IMG/VR virus record: IMGVR_UViG_3300005326_000042
Location: 64,001-128,000 of that record
Source: a virus
Lineage: Duplodnaviria; Heunggongvirae; Uroviricota; Caudoviricetes
DNA: 64,000 bases
Direction: 5' to 3' (one strand)
Shown here: in pieces, positions 9,725 to 19,805 of the stretch
Layout: the number at the start of each line of letters is the position of its first letter
How positions within the stretch are numbered: the stretch's first letter is position 1
Position numbers and translations under genes: made by a program
Notes under the pieces: model-generated
Told to the model about the DNA's origin: nothing
What the model saw: only the letters and a program-made list of their open reading frames with translations
Databases searched by the model: none

Positions 9725-10264
9725 TTAATCACTCTCTGTCCACTCTATTTTATACGTAATCCCCAAATTCTCATCAACCAACTCATCTTTTAGACTCGCC
9801 GCTATAACTTCTCTGTTATAGCTCGCGTGGTTGTCTACCCATTCGTCCTCTATTTCTTCAATCTCTTCCTTATATTTCTCAAGTAATTCCTCAATCTGAG
9901 AGTCATATAACTCATTCTGATCCATTCCTTTTCGGTTGAAGAAGTCTTTTCGGGCTTCCTCGCGGGTTTCTCCGAAGTTGAATTCCAGATCTTCTAATTC
10001 CTTGGTTTCCTCAAATAGATATTCTATTCCAAATGAGGATATTTTATTGTAATTGAAGTCAGGCCCGTAAGAGTTGCCAGCTTGGACCCAATGGACTTTT
10101 GTATAGTATGGATTATCAGGGGAACCTCCCTTTTCTGCCGCTTCGACCATTTTAGGAAAGATATCCAGATTATAAGAACCCGTTTCGTAGGTTTCTGGAT
10201 CGTGGTCATGAATAAATGCTTTTATTACGGATTCTTTGTCTAATGAGATATAAATTGTTTGCAT
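9725..10264 (-). CDS. Hypothetical acidic protein
   Basis: GGGTGA RBS; 179 aa. Confidence 0.65.
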   Translation of the reverse strand: MQTIYISLDKESVIKAFIHDHDPETYETGSYNLDIFPKMVEAAEKGGSPDNPYYTKVHWVQAGNSYGPDFNYNKISSFGIEYLFEETKELEDLEFNFGETREEARKDFFNRKGMDQNELYDSQIEELLEKYKEEIEEIEDEWVDNHASYNREVIAASLKDELVDENLGITYKIEWTESD

Positions 10265-10339
10265 TTCAAATCACCCTTCAATTAAACACTCTTGACGCTC
10301 AACCTCGCTGTTGCTCGGCGTCACTAAACTCTCAGATTC

Positions 10340-10570
10340 CTACGGAATCTTCGAGATCCAATACTCAGCCCACAGATTAATCTTCTTCTGTTCCTCATTC
10401 CTTACAGCGTTATAATAATTTCTGTTGGCTTCCTTATACTCCTGATTTAATTTCTCAAACTCCTCTCTATATTTCTCGCGCTCCTCGGTTGACATCTTTT
10501 GGAGATCGAGGTAGAGGTTATTGAGATTATTATATTTTTCGTCCATGATGGATTTGAGGGAGGAAAGCAT
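10340..10570 (-). CDS. Hypothetical coiled-coil protein
   Basis: GGGAG RBS. Confidence 0.5.
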   Translation of the reverse strand: MLSSLKSIMDEKYNNLNNLYLDLQKMSTEEREKYREEFEKLNQEYKEANRNYYNAVRNEEQKKINLWAEYWISKIP

Positions 10571-10720
10571 TTTTACTCCCTCTTAGCGCCGTTTAGCCAG
10601 GCAGTCCTCTTAGCGGCATCTTCTGGATTATCATGGTCGCTTTCTGGTTGAAACTTTCCAGATGGATCATAGAACCCAACTGTCCATAGATATGCTTCTG
10701 TCCGAAGGTATACCCACATT

Positions 10721-11173
10721 TTACTCACTCTCCCCAAGCACCTCAGCTATAAGTTCTGCCTTTGCCGCCACATCTTTATATTCTTTTTCAAGTTCCTTAA
10801 GCTTTTCTGCGTAAAGTCTGAGGAATTCTGGGAATCTTTTAATTGCAAACTTCTTAATGTGGCGAGGGGATTCGGTAATTAGAGTCGATTCGGGTATCTC
10901 TCCCCACTTGCGAGCCCACAGACCCCAATCTTTTGTGACTTTAAGATAATATTCGGTCTTTCCGAGATATGGATCGTTTTCTACATAAAAGGGTTCTGGA
11001 TCTATAAACTTAATCCCTGCAATTGGCCCGATTTTCTCAAAATATTTGTCCACAACTTCCAGGACTTCAGAAATCTTATCACTGTAGCGCACTATGTTTT
11101 GACTGCGCTCGGTGATGTATGTGATTGTTTCTGTGTCTATTCCTATTTCGTTCCCAATTATGTCTTCTGGCAT
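10721..11173 (-). CDS. Hypothetical protein
   Basis: AGGTGA RBS; 150 aa. Confidence 0.65.
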   Translation of the reverse strand: MPEDIIGNEIGIDTETITYITERSQNIVRYSDKISEVLEVVDKYFEKIGPIAGIKFIDPEPFYVENDPYLGKTEYYLKVTKDWGLWARKWGEIPESTLITESPRHIKKFAIKRFPEFLRLYAEKLKELEKEYKDVAAKAELIAEVLGESE

Positions 11174-11287
11174 ATTTTATTCACCTTCCAATGAACTTTT
11201 TCTGCCGACCCTTCCAAGTCGGGTTTCTCAGAGTTCTTCCGAACTCTGAGAAACCCTATTATCTCTCTGAGAATAAATAGTTTTCGG

Positions 11288-11503
11288 TTAGGTCACATCA
11301 TAGTTGCTTACCTTGATCGTAAGAGCCTCATGGCAGCTCATTGTAACCTCGCAGAGCGTTTCGGTAAGCGTATGTACACCTTCACAGCGCAGATAATTAC
11401 CACAGACTCTACATCGGATTCCTTCGCTCACGATTGCTTCCCGCGCGGCTTTTCTCCATTCTGGGTCGAAAAAATTTACTTCGTCTGCTTGAACGTCTGA
11501 CAT
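11288..11503 (-). CDS. Small Cys-containing hypothetical protein
   Basis: CRVC...C...C...C pattern; RBS. Confidence 0.5.
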   Translation of the reverse strand: MSDVQADEVNFFDPEWRKAAREAIVSEGIRCRVCGNYLRCEGVHTLTETLCEVTMSCHEALTIKVSNYDVT

Positions 11504-11514
11504 TTTAAATCACT

Positions 11515-11796
11515 TCACAATACATATACCAAATAATTTCCCGCCTCAATCTTTCCGACCTTACACAGATACTTCAATACAGATCTAGTATTGTGCTTTA
11601 TATTTGAAGTAAACAGGTAGTGATTAATTCTCTTTTCATCTTCTTCGTCAAGATTTGAATCTATATTCTTATAGAGGTGCAGGGTGTTTCCTTGAGACTC
11701 TTCATCTCTTTGAATTGAATATACCTTATCAAACTGCTCTTCGATTATTTTCTCCAATTCCCAAGAATTAATTACAATTACTTCCATCTTTTCCAT
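11515..11796 (-). CDS. Hypothetical protein
   Basis: GAGGCG RBS; operon. Confidence 0.55.
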   Translation of the reverse strand: MEKMEVIVINSWELEKIIEEQFDKVYSIQRDEESQGNTLHLYKNIDSNLDEEDEKRINHYLFTSNIKHNTRSVLKYLCKVGKIEAGNYLVYVL

Positions 11797-11806
11797 TCTA
11801 ATCGCC

Positions 11807-12037
11807 TCACAAATTGTTTACGATGACAGTATTATTATAATCTCTCTTCCTAGCCTTAGATCCGGTTCCTTTAAATACAACTTGGTTAAACTTCTCAGCA
11901 ATATACCATCTTAATTCAATTCCGTCCCATTCTTCAGGGATCTTCCCCGTTTCTATATTGGTTATAATTTCGTCTGCTACGGCAGTTGTAAGTTGCTGCA
12001 CAAAGCTTATTTTCTCATTCATATCCATTCTAATCAT
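11807..12037 (-). CDS. Hypothetical protein
   Basis: GAGGA RBS; first gene of the minus-strand block. Confidence 0.55.
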   Translation of the reverse strand: MIRMDMNEKISFVQQLTTAVADEIITNIETGKIPEEWDGIELRWYIAEKFNQVVFKGTGSKARKRDYNNTVIVNNL

Positions 12038-12325
12038 CCTCTATACATCCTATTATCCTTCATCTTATTTAAATCTATCCTTCAACCAATATTATATAAA
12101 ACCCTCATAGGTTTCGGACACTAATTATCCCCACCATATATAAAACCCAGAAAAACATAGTCACAATAGCCGCGCCATAGAGAAATCCGAGAGCAAACGG
12201 ATCTTTAATTTCAAACATCTTCATAGAAAAGAGATAGGGAAGGGGAAGATTTAAAGATTCCGGATACCTAGTCTATCGACTGTTCACCGAAAAGTTCTTA
12301 TCCTATAAGAGATAACAAGTGGTCT

Positions 12326-12565
12326 ATGGAAGACAAATACGAAGCATTAATGAAAATAGAGATTAGATCTGCCGAGAATAGCGTGAATAACGGAATTGAA
12401 AGGATTGAAGAGATCTTAAGAAGAGTAAAGCACAGTGTAGAGTTTAATCGGTCATTGAACGACTTGGGAGAATTGCAGTCAACAGCAACTATATTTGACT
12501 GCGATGTTACTAGACTCGCGACACTTAGAAAGGCGTTGGCGAACTATCGCGAGATGAAGGAGTAA
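12326..12565 (+). CDS. Hypothetical coiled-coil protein
   Basis: First ORF of the divergent plus-strand block. Confidence 0.55.
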   Translation: MEDKYEALMKIEIRSAENSVNNGIERIEEILRRVKHSVEFNRSLNDLGELQSTATIFDCDVTRLATLRKALANYREMKE

Positions 12566-12569
12566 AATC

Positions 12570-12800
12570 ATGGTCAACAAACTTGAATTTTATTTAAGTA
12601 AGCTGCCGTATAGGATTCAAAAAAATAATGTATGGTACTACCTAAGTATAACAAAAGCTCCACTTGAGGTGTTAGGACGTTATTGGATAGTGGAGTATAT
12701 AGATCCGACCTTCACACAGGTTCCTTGTAGTATTTTCAGAGTTGAGAAGGAAGACTTAAGAGTTGCCGCAGAAGAGGTATTAAAAATGATGGAGGATTGA
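12570..12800 (+). CDS. Hypothetical protein
   Basis: GGAG RBS; operon. Confidence 0.55.
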   Translation: MVNKLEFYLSKLPYRIQKNNVWYYLSITKAPLEVLGRYWIVEYIDPTFTQVPCSIFRVEKEDLRVAAEEVLKMMED

Positions 12801-12801
12801 C

Positions 12802-13035
12802 ATGTCCCGCTCCCGTCTAGAAATCCTTCGCGACATTTTAAACGTGTGCCGCGAGGCATCAGCAAAAAGTAGAATAACGCAGAGGGCAAACTTAAACTAC
12901 AAGACTACGGAGATATACTTAGAAATCCTTCTTAATGAGAAATGGATTCATGAGAACGGAAAATATAAGATAACCGAAGAAGGATTGAGGATGTTGGAGA
13001 AGATGGAAAAGGTTGCTGAAGAGCTGGGAGAATAA
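12802..13035 (+). CDS. Archaeal winged-helix transcriptional regulator (COG3432/HTH_45-like)
   Basis: RSRLEILRDIL...KSRITQRANLNY...YL..L...YKITEEG pattern. Confidence 0.85.
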   Translation: MSRSRLEILRDILNVCREASAKSRITQRANLNYKTTEIYLEILLNEKWIHENGKYKITEEGLRMLEKMEKVAEELGE

Positions 13036-13114
13036 GTACTAGAGATGTTTTTCGCGGGTTGTGGACAGGTTTAAATAAGATGAGAGATAATTGGGATGTG
13101 AGGAGGAAATTAAT

Positions 13115-13327
13115 ATGGCTGAGAGTACAATTCAGGAAACCTTAAAGAAAAATATTGGAATGTGGGCAACTGTTAGATTTGGAGAAACGGGATTGATGAC
13201 TAGAATAGATGCGGTAGACGATATAAGTTTGGTTTCATCTTATCCCGATAATAATGGACATAAACAATCCGTAATCAATATAGATAAAATTTGGGGAGTC
13301 ACAATTTGGGGTGAGGAGAAGCCATGA
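13115..13327 (+). CDS. Hypothetical small beta-rich protein
   Basis: GGAGG RBS before ATG 13115. Confidence 0.55.
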   Translation: MAESTIQETLKKNIGMWATVRFGETGLMTRIDAVDDISLVSSYPDNNGHKQSVINIDKIWGVTIWGEEKP

Positions 13328-13770
13328 TCTATAATGATGGATTCGCTACATATAACGTAAGTATGCCTGACGAAGTTGAAGTAATCGAGGTTTTAAATGT
13401 AAATGATCCTTTAGTTCATTTGGGTGATTTAATACATGATCTTCACATAAATGATTTGATTTCAAAACTCAGAGGATCTAACTACAAGAGTTATCTGCTG
13501 AAGTGGAAGGGAGATTTTTATTCTCCGAAAGGAGTCCATCTTGGAAATTATACGGCTACTTGGTTCCAGCATGGTATTGTTTCGGGAGTTTCCGATAAAA
13601 TTGCAGAAGGGAAATGTTCAGGGGAAATAATGTGCAAAACGCCGTGTAAGGATATTGGAGATTATACAAGAGTGAAAAATGATGGGAAAGAGAATATGAT
13701 GGTTGTAAGGATGTGGAGCCGAAGCGATTATCAGATCGCGAAGGGAGACTTAACTTATGTCCGAAATTAA
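13324..13770 (+). CDS. Hypothetical protein
   Basis: ATGA overlap; 148 aa. Confidence 0.55.
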   Translation: MIYNDGFATYNVSMPDEVEVIEVLNVNDPLVHLGDLIHDLHINDLISKLRGSNYKSYLLKWKGDFYSPKGVHLGNYTATWFQHGIVSGVSDKIAEGKCSGEIMCKTPCKDIGDYTRVKNDGKENMMVVRMWSRSDYQIAKGDLTYVRN

Positions 13771-14125
13771 AGATCTAAAAGCAAAGATTAAGATTGAAGA
13801 AACAGTAATCAAGGGAGCCAAGGAGAATATCAGAGTATGGGAAGAGAAGATTAAAGAATTAGAAAATACAGATATTTTATCTGGAAAAATAGAGAATATT
13901 GTAATCGATGAAGACGGAAATATTAAATCTGAAAACAGAATACAATTGGGTGGATTTGGAGACTATAAAGGGATTTGGTGGTCGAACAATGGGTTTGAGG
14001 GAATCATTGGATCTAAATTTAAAGAAGAGGATATTGGAGAGGCTTTCAAGTTTGCACAGCAGATTGTGGGAAAGATAAGGTTATTTGTAGATGGGAGAAT
14101 GGAAATTGTGAGGGAGGAAATTTAA
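13757..14125 (+). CDS. Hypothetical protein with N-terminal coiled coil
   Basis: GGGAG RBS. Confidence 0.6.
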   Translation: MSEIKDLKAKIKIEETVIKGAKENIRVWEEKIKELENTDILSGKIENIVIDEDGNIKSENRIQLGGFGDYKGIWWSNNGFEGIIGSKFKEEDIGEAFKFAQQIVGKIRLFVDGRMEIVREEI

Positions 14126-14407
14126 ATGCCAGATGTACGAATTAAGAAAGACCCTGGAATCGCAGCAGTTCTAAGCTTCTTTATAAGTGGTCTAGGCCAA
14201 ATTTATAATGGGGATATGGCAAAAGGATTCATAATCATGGGAATTCAGGTTATAAATATATTTCTGATGTTCCTGCTGATCGGATTCATTACCTTCCCAC
14301 TTGTCTGGCTTTTCGCTATTTGGGATGCCTATAGAGTAGCTAAGAACTCTCATAAAGATCCATCGACAGAATGGAAAGGCATACAGGGTATGATAAGAGA
14401 TAGGTGA
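14126..14407 (+). CDS. TM2-domain-like membrane protein
   Basis: K.PGIAAVLSFFISGLGQIYNG motif plus hydrophobic helices ending WLFAIWDAY. Confidence 0.8.
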   Translation: MPDVRIKKDPGIAAVLSFFISGLGQIYNGDMAKGFIIMGIQVINIFLMFLLIGFITFPLVWLFAIWDAYRVAKNSHKDPSTEWKGIQGMIRDR

Positions 14408-14429
14408 AAGAGTAGATATTTCTCGCGCG

Positions 14430-14655
14430 CCAAAAAATCACAATTTTCTGAATCTTATTTTTCGGTTTGTGGCAATTTTCTGGAAGGGGAACGTGCAAAT
14501 TTCGGATTTCTGGAACTTTTGGTTTTCTGCAAATTTTCAATTTACGGCTACAACTATTTAGAATATGCTCCAAAATGGGCTACAATTTCCACAAAAATCT
14601 CAAAATTTTGCACAAGTTTTGCCACAATTTCCAGAAAAATCCACAACTTTTCGCT
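14430..14655. repeat. Degenerate CAAnTTTyC repeats forming phased A/T tracts
   Basis: About 10 imperfect copies; A-tracts at 14584, 14593, 14602, 14614, 14626, 14635, 14645. Confidence 0.55.
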
Positions 14656-14713
14656 GCGAGATTCGACAACTATTTATATGATGAGAGATAATAGGATGTG
14701 TGGAGGAAAATTC

Positions 14714-14896
14714 ATGGAAGCAATTGCGATAAACAAGGAGAAAGTCGATAGATGGATGACAGAGATGAATAATAATTCTATGAATCCCGGAACAGTAAAT
14801 GCTATTATGCTTCTGTTAGATACTTGTGTAGAAGCTGCTGAGAATGGAGAAAAGAGGAAGTTTGTATTAGTAAATAAAAATGGACAGGAGATTTAA
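14714..14896 (+). CDS. Hypothetical protein
   Basis: GGAGG RBS before ATG 14714, downstream of a TATA box at ~14670. Confidence 0.55.
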   Translation: MEAIAINKEKVDRWMTEMNNNSMNPGTVNAIMLLLDTCVEAAENGEKRKFVLVNKNGQEI

Positions 14897-14898
14897 AC

Positions 14899-15327
14899 AT
14901 GTACGAGCAAACAAGAATAAGTATTGTCGCGATGTTTGTAATCATCGCGGGAATGTATTGTATAGGATCTGGATCTGCGTTTGAAGTTGGAGGAGACGTT
15001 ATACAGGTCGAGACTCCGAAAGAGGTTTCTATCAACGGAGAAATATATTATCTGGACGGAATAATGTATTCTCTGGATGAGCGAGAATTCTATGAAGCTG
15101 TATGTAGCATAGAAGATAAGATAGGAATGTCGGATAGAATTGAATTTCGTGTAGTCGATGAGGTTCAAGATCCAATGAGCACAGATAGGAATGATACTAT
15201 AAAGGTTATCGAGATGGAAATAGTTTATAGTGGAGACGAAATAGATGGGAACGAATGGGTCCAGGAGGAGATAAATAGGATTAATTCATCTTTTGGAGGT
15301 TGTGAGTTTTGTGATTTTTGTGATTAG
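14899..15327 (+). CDS. Acidic protein with N-terminal signal/TM helix
   Basis: GGAGA RBS; hydrophobic N-terminus; C-terminal CEFCDFC. Confidence 0.6.
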   Translation: MYEQTRISIVAMFVIIAGMYCIGSGSAFEVGGDVIQVETPKEVSINGEIYYLDGIMYSLDEREFYEAVCSIEDKIGMSDRIEFRVVDEVQDPMSTDRNDTIKVIEMEIVYSGDEIDGNEWVQEEINRINSSFGGCEFCDFCD

Positions 15328-16107
15328 TTTTAATATTTTTTTTTATTTTCTGCCGGAGAAATAAATAATTTCTTTTTAAAAATTTGATTTTTGGCCGCCT
15401 ATATACCAAAATCCCTGCAGAAAATTTTCGACGTTATTATACTGTATTTTTGAGATTTTTAGAAAATTGCGTTCTAGGTCGCCCGCGCCTAGGAGATTGA
15501 ATTATAACGATTTATCATGATTTATAATGGTCTACTTCGATTTTATATATTAGACAGTTTTGGTATCTATTTAATATTATTTTTAGACAGTTATTTTATT
15601 GATTTAAATTATATTTAGGGAGTTATTAGATCCTTGGTTTTGTTGCTACGGATCTATCATTGTTAATACTTATAATTTAGATCTTATTATTCTTTTATGA
15701 CCTATTCTTAAATTTCTGCTATCGACATATAGGCTTTATAGTTATTTATATTCTTGGAAAAAAGATAAAAGTATCGGTAAAAGAAAAATGGAGCTAAGAC
15801 AGAATAGAAGTATTAAGAAATTAATTTATAATATTACGATTTAGAATCGATTTAAAGGGTTAAATTATAAGTCTAATAGGGAATTGTCTTAGTGAGCTTA
15901 AGAACTGGTCTTAAAAATTAAAATATGGATTCATGTTTATATTATTTTTATATAAATAGAAGTAAATAAGATATGGTAGCTGAATATGGAATTTTTAAGA
16001 TAAAGGATTAATTGCCGTGAAAATAGGATATCATTTGAAGGAATAGCCAGGATTTTTTAACACATATTAATTATTTAAAAAATGTCATAAAAATAAGCGC
16101 AAAAGAA

Positions 16108-16398
16108 TTAATGAATTATTAAATTCCATTCAATTATATTAAATTGCTTATCAAAAGATAAGGACGTTAATTCAATCATTAAATTCTCATGTATGTAACA
16201 TTCTATATTAAAATCTTCTGAATCTTCTTTTGAAATATCGTCCACTAAAATTAAGTGTTCTCTCCAGTCAATTTGTGACATTTTTCTATTCATTCCCACA
16301 ATCTTAAATTCATAAAAAGAAGTATCTATTTTATATTTTTCTAATATTTCTTTAGTTTGATTAATAATTTCTATTTGGTTTCTCTTAGATATCTTCAT
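16108..16398 (-). CDS. Hypothetical protein
   Basis: Last ORF of the AT-rich minus-strand operon; GGAGG RBS. Confidence 0.5.
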   Translation of the reverse strand: MKISKRNQIEIINQTKEILEKYKIDTSFYEFKIVGMNRKMSQIDWREHLILVDDISKEDSEDFNIECYIHENLMIELTSLSFDKQFNIIEWNLIIH

Positions 16399-16594
16399 TT
16401 TCTAACCTCCCAGAAATATAAGACTTTAAAGATATTTTATTAATTTTAGGCAGTGATTTAAATTTATCATCCTCATATATTATTTTTTCTATCATCAGTT
16501 TTTTTTGATCCTTAGATAACTCATCTAGGGAAATAATATTAAGAGCAATTGCTCTTAAATTTTTCTCTTTCTTGATGGATAAGGATTTTTTCAT
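16385..16594 (-). CDS. Hypothetical protein
   Basis: GGAGA RBS; operon. Confidence 0.5.
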   Translation of the reverse strand: MKKSLSIKKEKNLRAIALNIISLDELSKDQKKLMIEKIIYEDDKFKSLPKINKISLKSYISGRLENEDI

Positions 16595-16614
16595 TTCTGG
16601 TTGTCTCCTTAAAA

Positions 16615-17094
16615 TTATTCAGATTCTTCTATCTCTATTTCGTTTATCTCCTCATCGGTAAAACCCAACTCCTTAAGCTGAGATATTAGATTACTTATCT
16701 CCTCTTCCTCAACTTCTTTTATATAATCATTAGAAGAGTCGGATTCAATTCCCCACAAACCACCGCTAGAGATATCTTGAAGGACTCCATTAATATTTAT
16801 TTCTGCGATTACTCTTATTCCGATATAATGCCAATTTCCATTATTTAGAGACTCCATCCTTTCGTAATTCTTAATTGCCCATCTAAAAAGTTCTTTTCTT
16901 TCTTCTCTGGTTTTGCCTTCGGATGGAGAAGGATAAAGCTTAAATCGTTCGTATTGGTTCCTTTCGGGAGGATAACCGTAATGTTTCCTTTCGATTATCC
17001 ATTTTCCATATTCTGAAGTATATTCTCCTAAATAACTTGTATCGGGAGATTCATCTATTTCGTGTACGATTTTAATTGAAGCTATCTGTTTCAT
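16615..17094 (-). CDS. Hypothetical phage protein (GGLWGIESDS motif)
   Basis: 159-aa ORF with RBS. Confidence 0.65.
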   Translation of the reverse strand: MKQIASIKIVHEIDESPDTSYLGEYTSEYGKWIIERKHYGYPPERNQYERFKLYPSPSEGKTREERKELFRWAIKNYERMESLNNGNWHYIGIRVIAEININGVLQDISSGGLWGIESDSSNDYIKEVEEEEISNLISQLKELGFTDEEINEIEIEESE

Positions 17095-17097
17095 TTC

Positions 17098-17364
17098 TTA
17101 ATCCCTTCCTCTATTCCATGCCTTTAATTCGTGCAACGTCTTTACATGGTTTATTAGATTTAATCTATATGTATCATCAGATCTTTTTTCATATTCTCCT
17201 AAATAATACATTATCCTAAATTCTATGGATAGTATTAATGTATTTAGAGCATCTATCATAAAATTATCTTCTAGGCTATAAACGGCTATTTCTTTTCTGG
17301 ATTTAATTATGTTTTCTCTATATTTGATTAATCTTAGAACTTGGTCTATATTTGTATCATTCAT
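17098..17364 (-). CDS. Hypothetical protein
   Basis: GGAGTGA RBS. Confidence 0.55.
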   Translation of the reverse strand: MNDTNIDQVLRLIKYRENIIKSRKEIAVYSLEDNFMIDALNTLILSIEFRIMYYLGEYEKRSDDTYRLNLINHVKTLHELKAWNRGRD

Positions 17365-17370
17365 TTTAAA

Positions 17371-17877
17371 TCACTCCTCCATATAAATATCTAAATCTAT
17401 TTGTTTCATTATATCAAGGAAGAAATAAGAGTAATTCTTTAATACCGTCTCAAATTCTGCATCAATGTATACTATATTATTCTTCTTATCAAACCTCACA
17501 TATTTCTTTTCACGTCTTCCAAATTTAAAAACGTCTCCTCTATCAATAGTGTACTTTTCTTTTATAGGACTCACATAAAGGGTTTTGCCAGTATCGTATT
17601 CTTTCGCGGCGCGAGTTAAGGATATCTTCTTAAGATTTAATTTAACTTTAGAATTCAGGATATCTTTTCCGAGAAGTCCCAAATCCTTAAGATAGATATT
17701 CTCAAACTCCTTTTCATCTAAGTTGTATAAAAGTTGAATCCAGTTTGATAAGCTCTTTGAATCACATAAGGTTAAACATTCTATTGGATTTTGTACCATA
17801 TTTCCTAAAGCCTTTTTAATTTTAAGTAAGTTAGGTTTATCGTTTAAAACTAGATCTCTAATTTGTTGTAGTTCCAT
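17371..17877 (-). CDS. Hypothetical protein
   Basis: GGAG RBS; 168 aa. Confidence 0.6.
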   Translation of the reverse strand: MELQQIRDLVLNDKPNLLKIKKALGNMVQNPIECLTLCDSKSLSNWIQLLYNLDEKEFENIYLKDLGLLGKDILNSKVKLNLKKISLTRAAKEYDTGKTLYVSPIKEKYTIDRGDVFKFGRREKKYVRFDKKNNIVYIDAEFETVLKNYSYFFLDIMKQIDLDIYMEE

Positions 17878-18087
17878 TTAAATCAACTCCTCATAATATC
17901 CAAGTACATATCTTAATAAATTTATCTGCCCTTCGGTATAACTGATAATATTTCCGTATTCTTTATTAAATTCTTTTGATTTGTTTAATTCGTTGTAGTG
18001 GCCTATTGCTATTTCTAATTGTTTAAGATCTTCTTCTAATTTTTCTTTTGATGGAGGTTCAAATCTTTTCATGGAATCCCTCAACAA
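17878..18087 (-). CDS. Hypothetical protein
   Basis: Operon context. Confidence 0.45.
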   Translation of the reverse strand: MLRDSMKRFEPPSKEKLEEDLKQLEIAIGHYNELNKSKEFNKEYGNIISYTEGQINLLRYVLGYYEELI

Positions 18088-18404
18088 TAATATCTATAAG
18101 CCTTGACGAAAGGTCCGTCAATTTCATCTTCTCCGACGATTTTAATTAAAATCCCACTAAAAAAAGATTCTGTAAAAATACCGTCGAATTCCTTTAAATG
18201 TGGTTGTGCCTTCTTATTTATTATAGTAGCCTCAGATAAGAAATAAGTGTTTCCTTTATATTTAAAGCATTTTTCATAATAATTGTCTTTATCCTCTTTT
18301 TCGATATTCCATTCTGGAATTTCTTCATCTAATGGAATTAAATGATCGTTTCCGATGATTGTTAAAGAAGTAATTGAATTCTCCTGTTGAATTATTTTTT
18401 TCAT
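18081..18404 (-). CDS. Hypothetical phage protein (FDG...ESFFSGILIKI motif)
   Basis: GGAGA RBS. Confidence 0.6.
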   Translation of the reverse strand: MKKIIQQENSITSLTIIGNDHLIPLDEEIPEWNIEKEDKDNYYEKCFKYKGNTYFLSEATIINKKAQPHLKEFDGIFTESFFSGILIKIVGEDEIDGPFVKAYRYYC

Positions 18405-18724
18405 TTCTTTTCATCTCCTTTTAAATTTGGGAAATATTTAGACCAAAATTTTATATAAGATTCTCTATCCTCGTCTCTCACTTCAGCAAAAAGATATCTA
18501 TCCATCGCTTCAACAGCTTTATTTGTGTCTTCTTTAGCAATATTTATATAAATATTAGCTCTTTCCTTAGAAATTTTCAAATAGGTTCGCGGCGCGAGCT
18601 GTTGGTTTAGTTGATGGGAAATATAATATTGATCTCTTTCTTTTGAGTATTCTAAATCTGTCCAGGATGTTCGCATTTCATTACTTGAATTGATGATTAT
18701 CTCATTTCCTTCCATTCTAGTCAT
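18401..18724 (-). CDS. Hypothetical protein
   Basis: GAGGGA RBS. Confidence 0.55.
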   Translation of the reverse strand: MTRMEGNEIIINSSNEMRTSWTDLEYSKERDQYYISHQLNQQLAPRTYLKISKERANIYINIAKEDTNKAVEAMDRYLFAEVRDEDRESYIKFWSKYFPNLKGDEKK

Positions 18725-18795
18725 ACAAATTCCCTCTTTTATTTGCCTTAAAAATATCTACCATAAAAAGATTTTGAACTTAATATGTGTAGTTT

Positions 18796-19287
18796 TTAAG
18801 GTTCGTAGTCTTCATAATTTGACGCATGGATATCTAGGACTTGTATAAACATGATTCCATATACATCTACATAAACTAAATCACCTTCATATTTTGTAAC
18901 CTCTCGACTGTTTGCGATTATTTTAAATCCTGGTAAATCGTCGGTAGATACATAAGCTGAATTTATATCCTTAATATTTTCCATCTTTTCGGCTATATTT
19001 TTCATATTATGCAAAACATAAGGATATTTCTTTTCGTCCCTTAATAGATCTGAGTTAATCACATTAAGGTTTAAATTATCAATTGGAAGATTTAAGGGTT
19101 TAAGAGTAACAGAATTATATTTAGGAGTCGGAATAAGGATTTTTACAAGACCAAATTCTTTTGAGTAATAAAATTTATCTTTATCCTTAATTTTTCCCTC
19201 TTCTTTTGCTTTTTGGATTTCAAAATTTATTTTGTAGTCGTATTCCTTTTCTGGTATTAAGGTTAGTGGGTAAGAATCTTTAATCAT
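18796..19287 (-). CDS. Hypothetical protein
   Basis: GAGGT RBS; 163 aa. Confidence 0.6.
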   Translation of the reverse strand: MIKDSYPLTLIPEKEYDYKINFEIQKAKEEGKIKDKDKFYYSKEFGLVKILIPTPKYNSVTLKPLNLPIDNLNLNVINSDLLRDEKKYPYVLHNMKNIAEKMENIKDINSAYVSTDDLPGFKIIANSREVTKYEGDLVYVDVYGIMFIQVLDIHASNYEDYEP

Positions 19288-19454
19288 AGATTAACCTCTA
19301 TTTTGTATCTAAATTTCTGTTCTTAAATGATCTTCCACATTTAGAGCAATACCAAATTCTATAATATCCATCCTCATCTTTTTGGATTAAATTTGATGGA
19401 TCATAGAAAAGCTTATCTTTTGCGCCACATGCACAAATCATATTTTAAACTCCT

Positions 19455-19802
19455 TTAAATTGGCACTCCATAACTTAAGCCATCCCACATATTATATCTG
19501 CCTCCCCTTTCCTTTAGCTTAAGTTTTATCGGTAATCCTCTAGGATCTCCCGTTACATCTATTCTTATATTCCATTTTTTAGCTATTTCCTGTATTTCTT
19601 CTTCCATCTTATTCATTCTTTTTTCTTGTAATTTTGTTAATCCTCTCTCATCATTGGCGTATATTTCGTTATATCTTTGAATTCTTGGAGAGAAGATAAT
19701 TAATCTATCTATATCTTCTATTCTAGCGTTCGGTACAACTTCTTTTATAGCTTCAATTAATTCTTCTTTTTCTGCTAAGAATTTTTTAAGTTTAGATCTC
19801 AT
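19455..19802 (-). CDS. Hypothetical phage protein (GDPRG motif)
   Basis: GAGGA RBS. Confidence 0.6.
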   Translation of the reverse strand: MRSKLKKFLAEKEELIEAIKEVVPNARIEDIDRLIIFSPRIQRYNEIYANDERGLTKLQEKRMNKMEEEIQEIAKKWNIRIDVTGDPRGLPIKLKLKERGGRYNMWDGLSYGVPI

Positions 19803-19805
19803 GTT

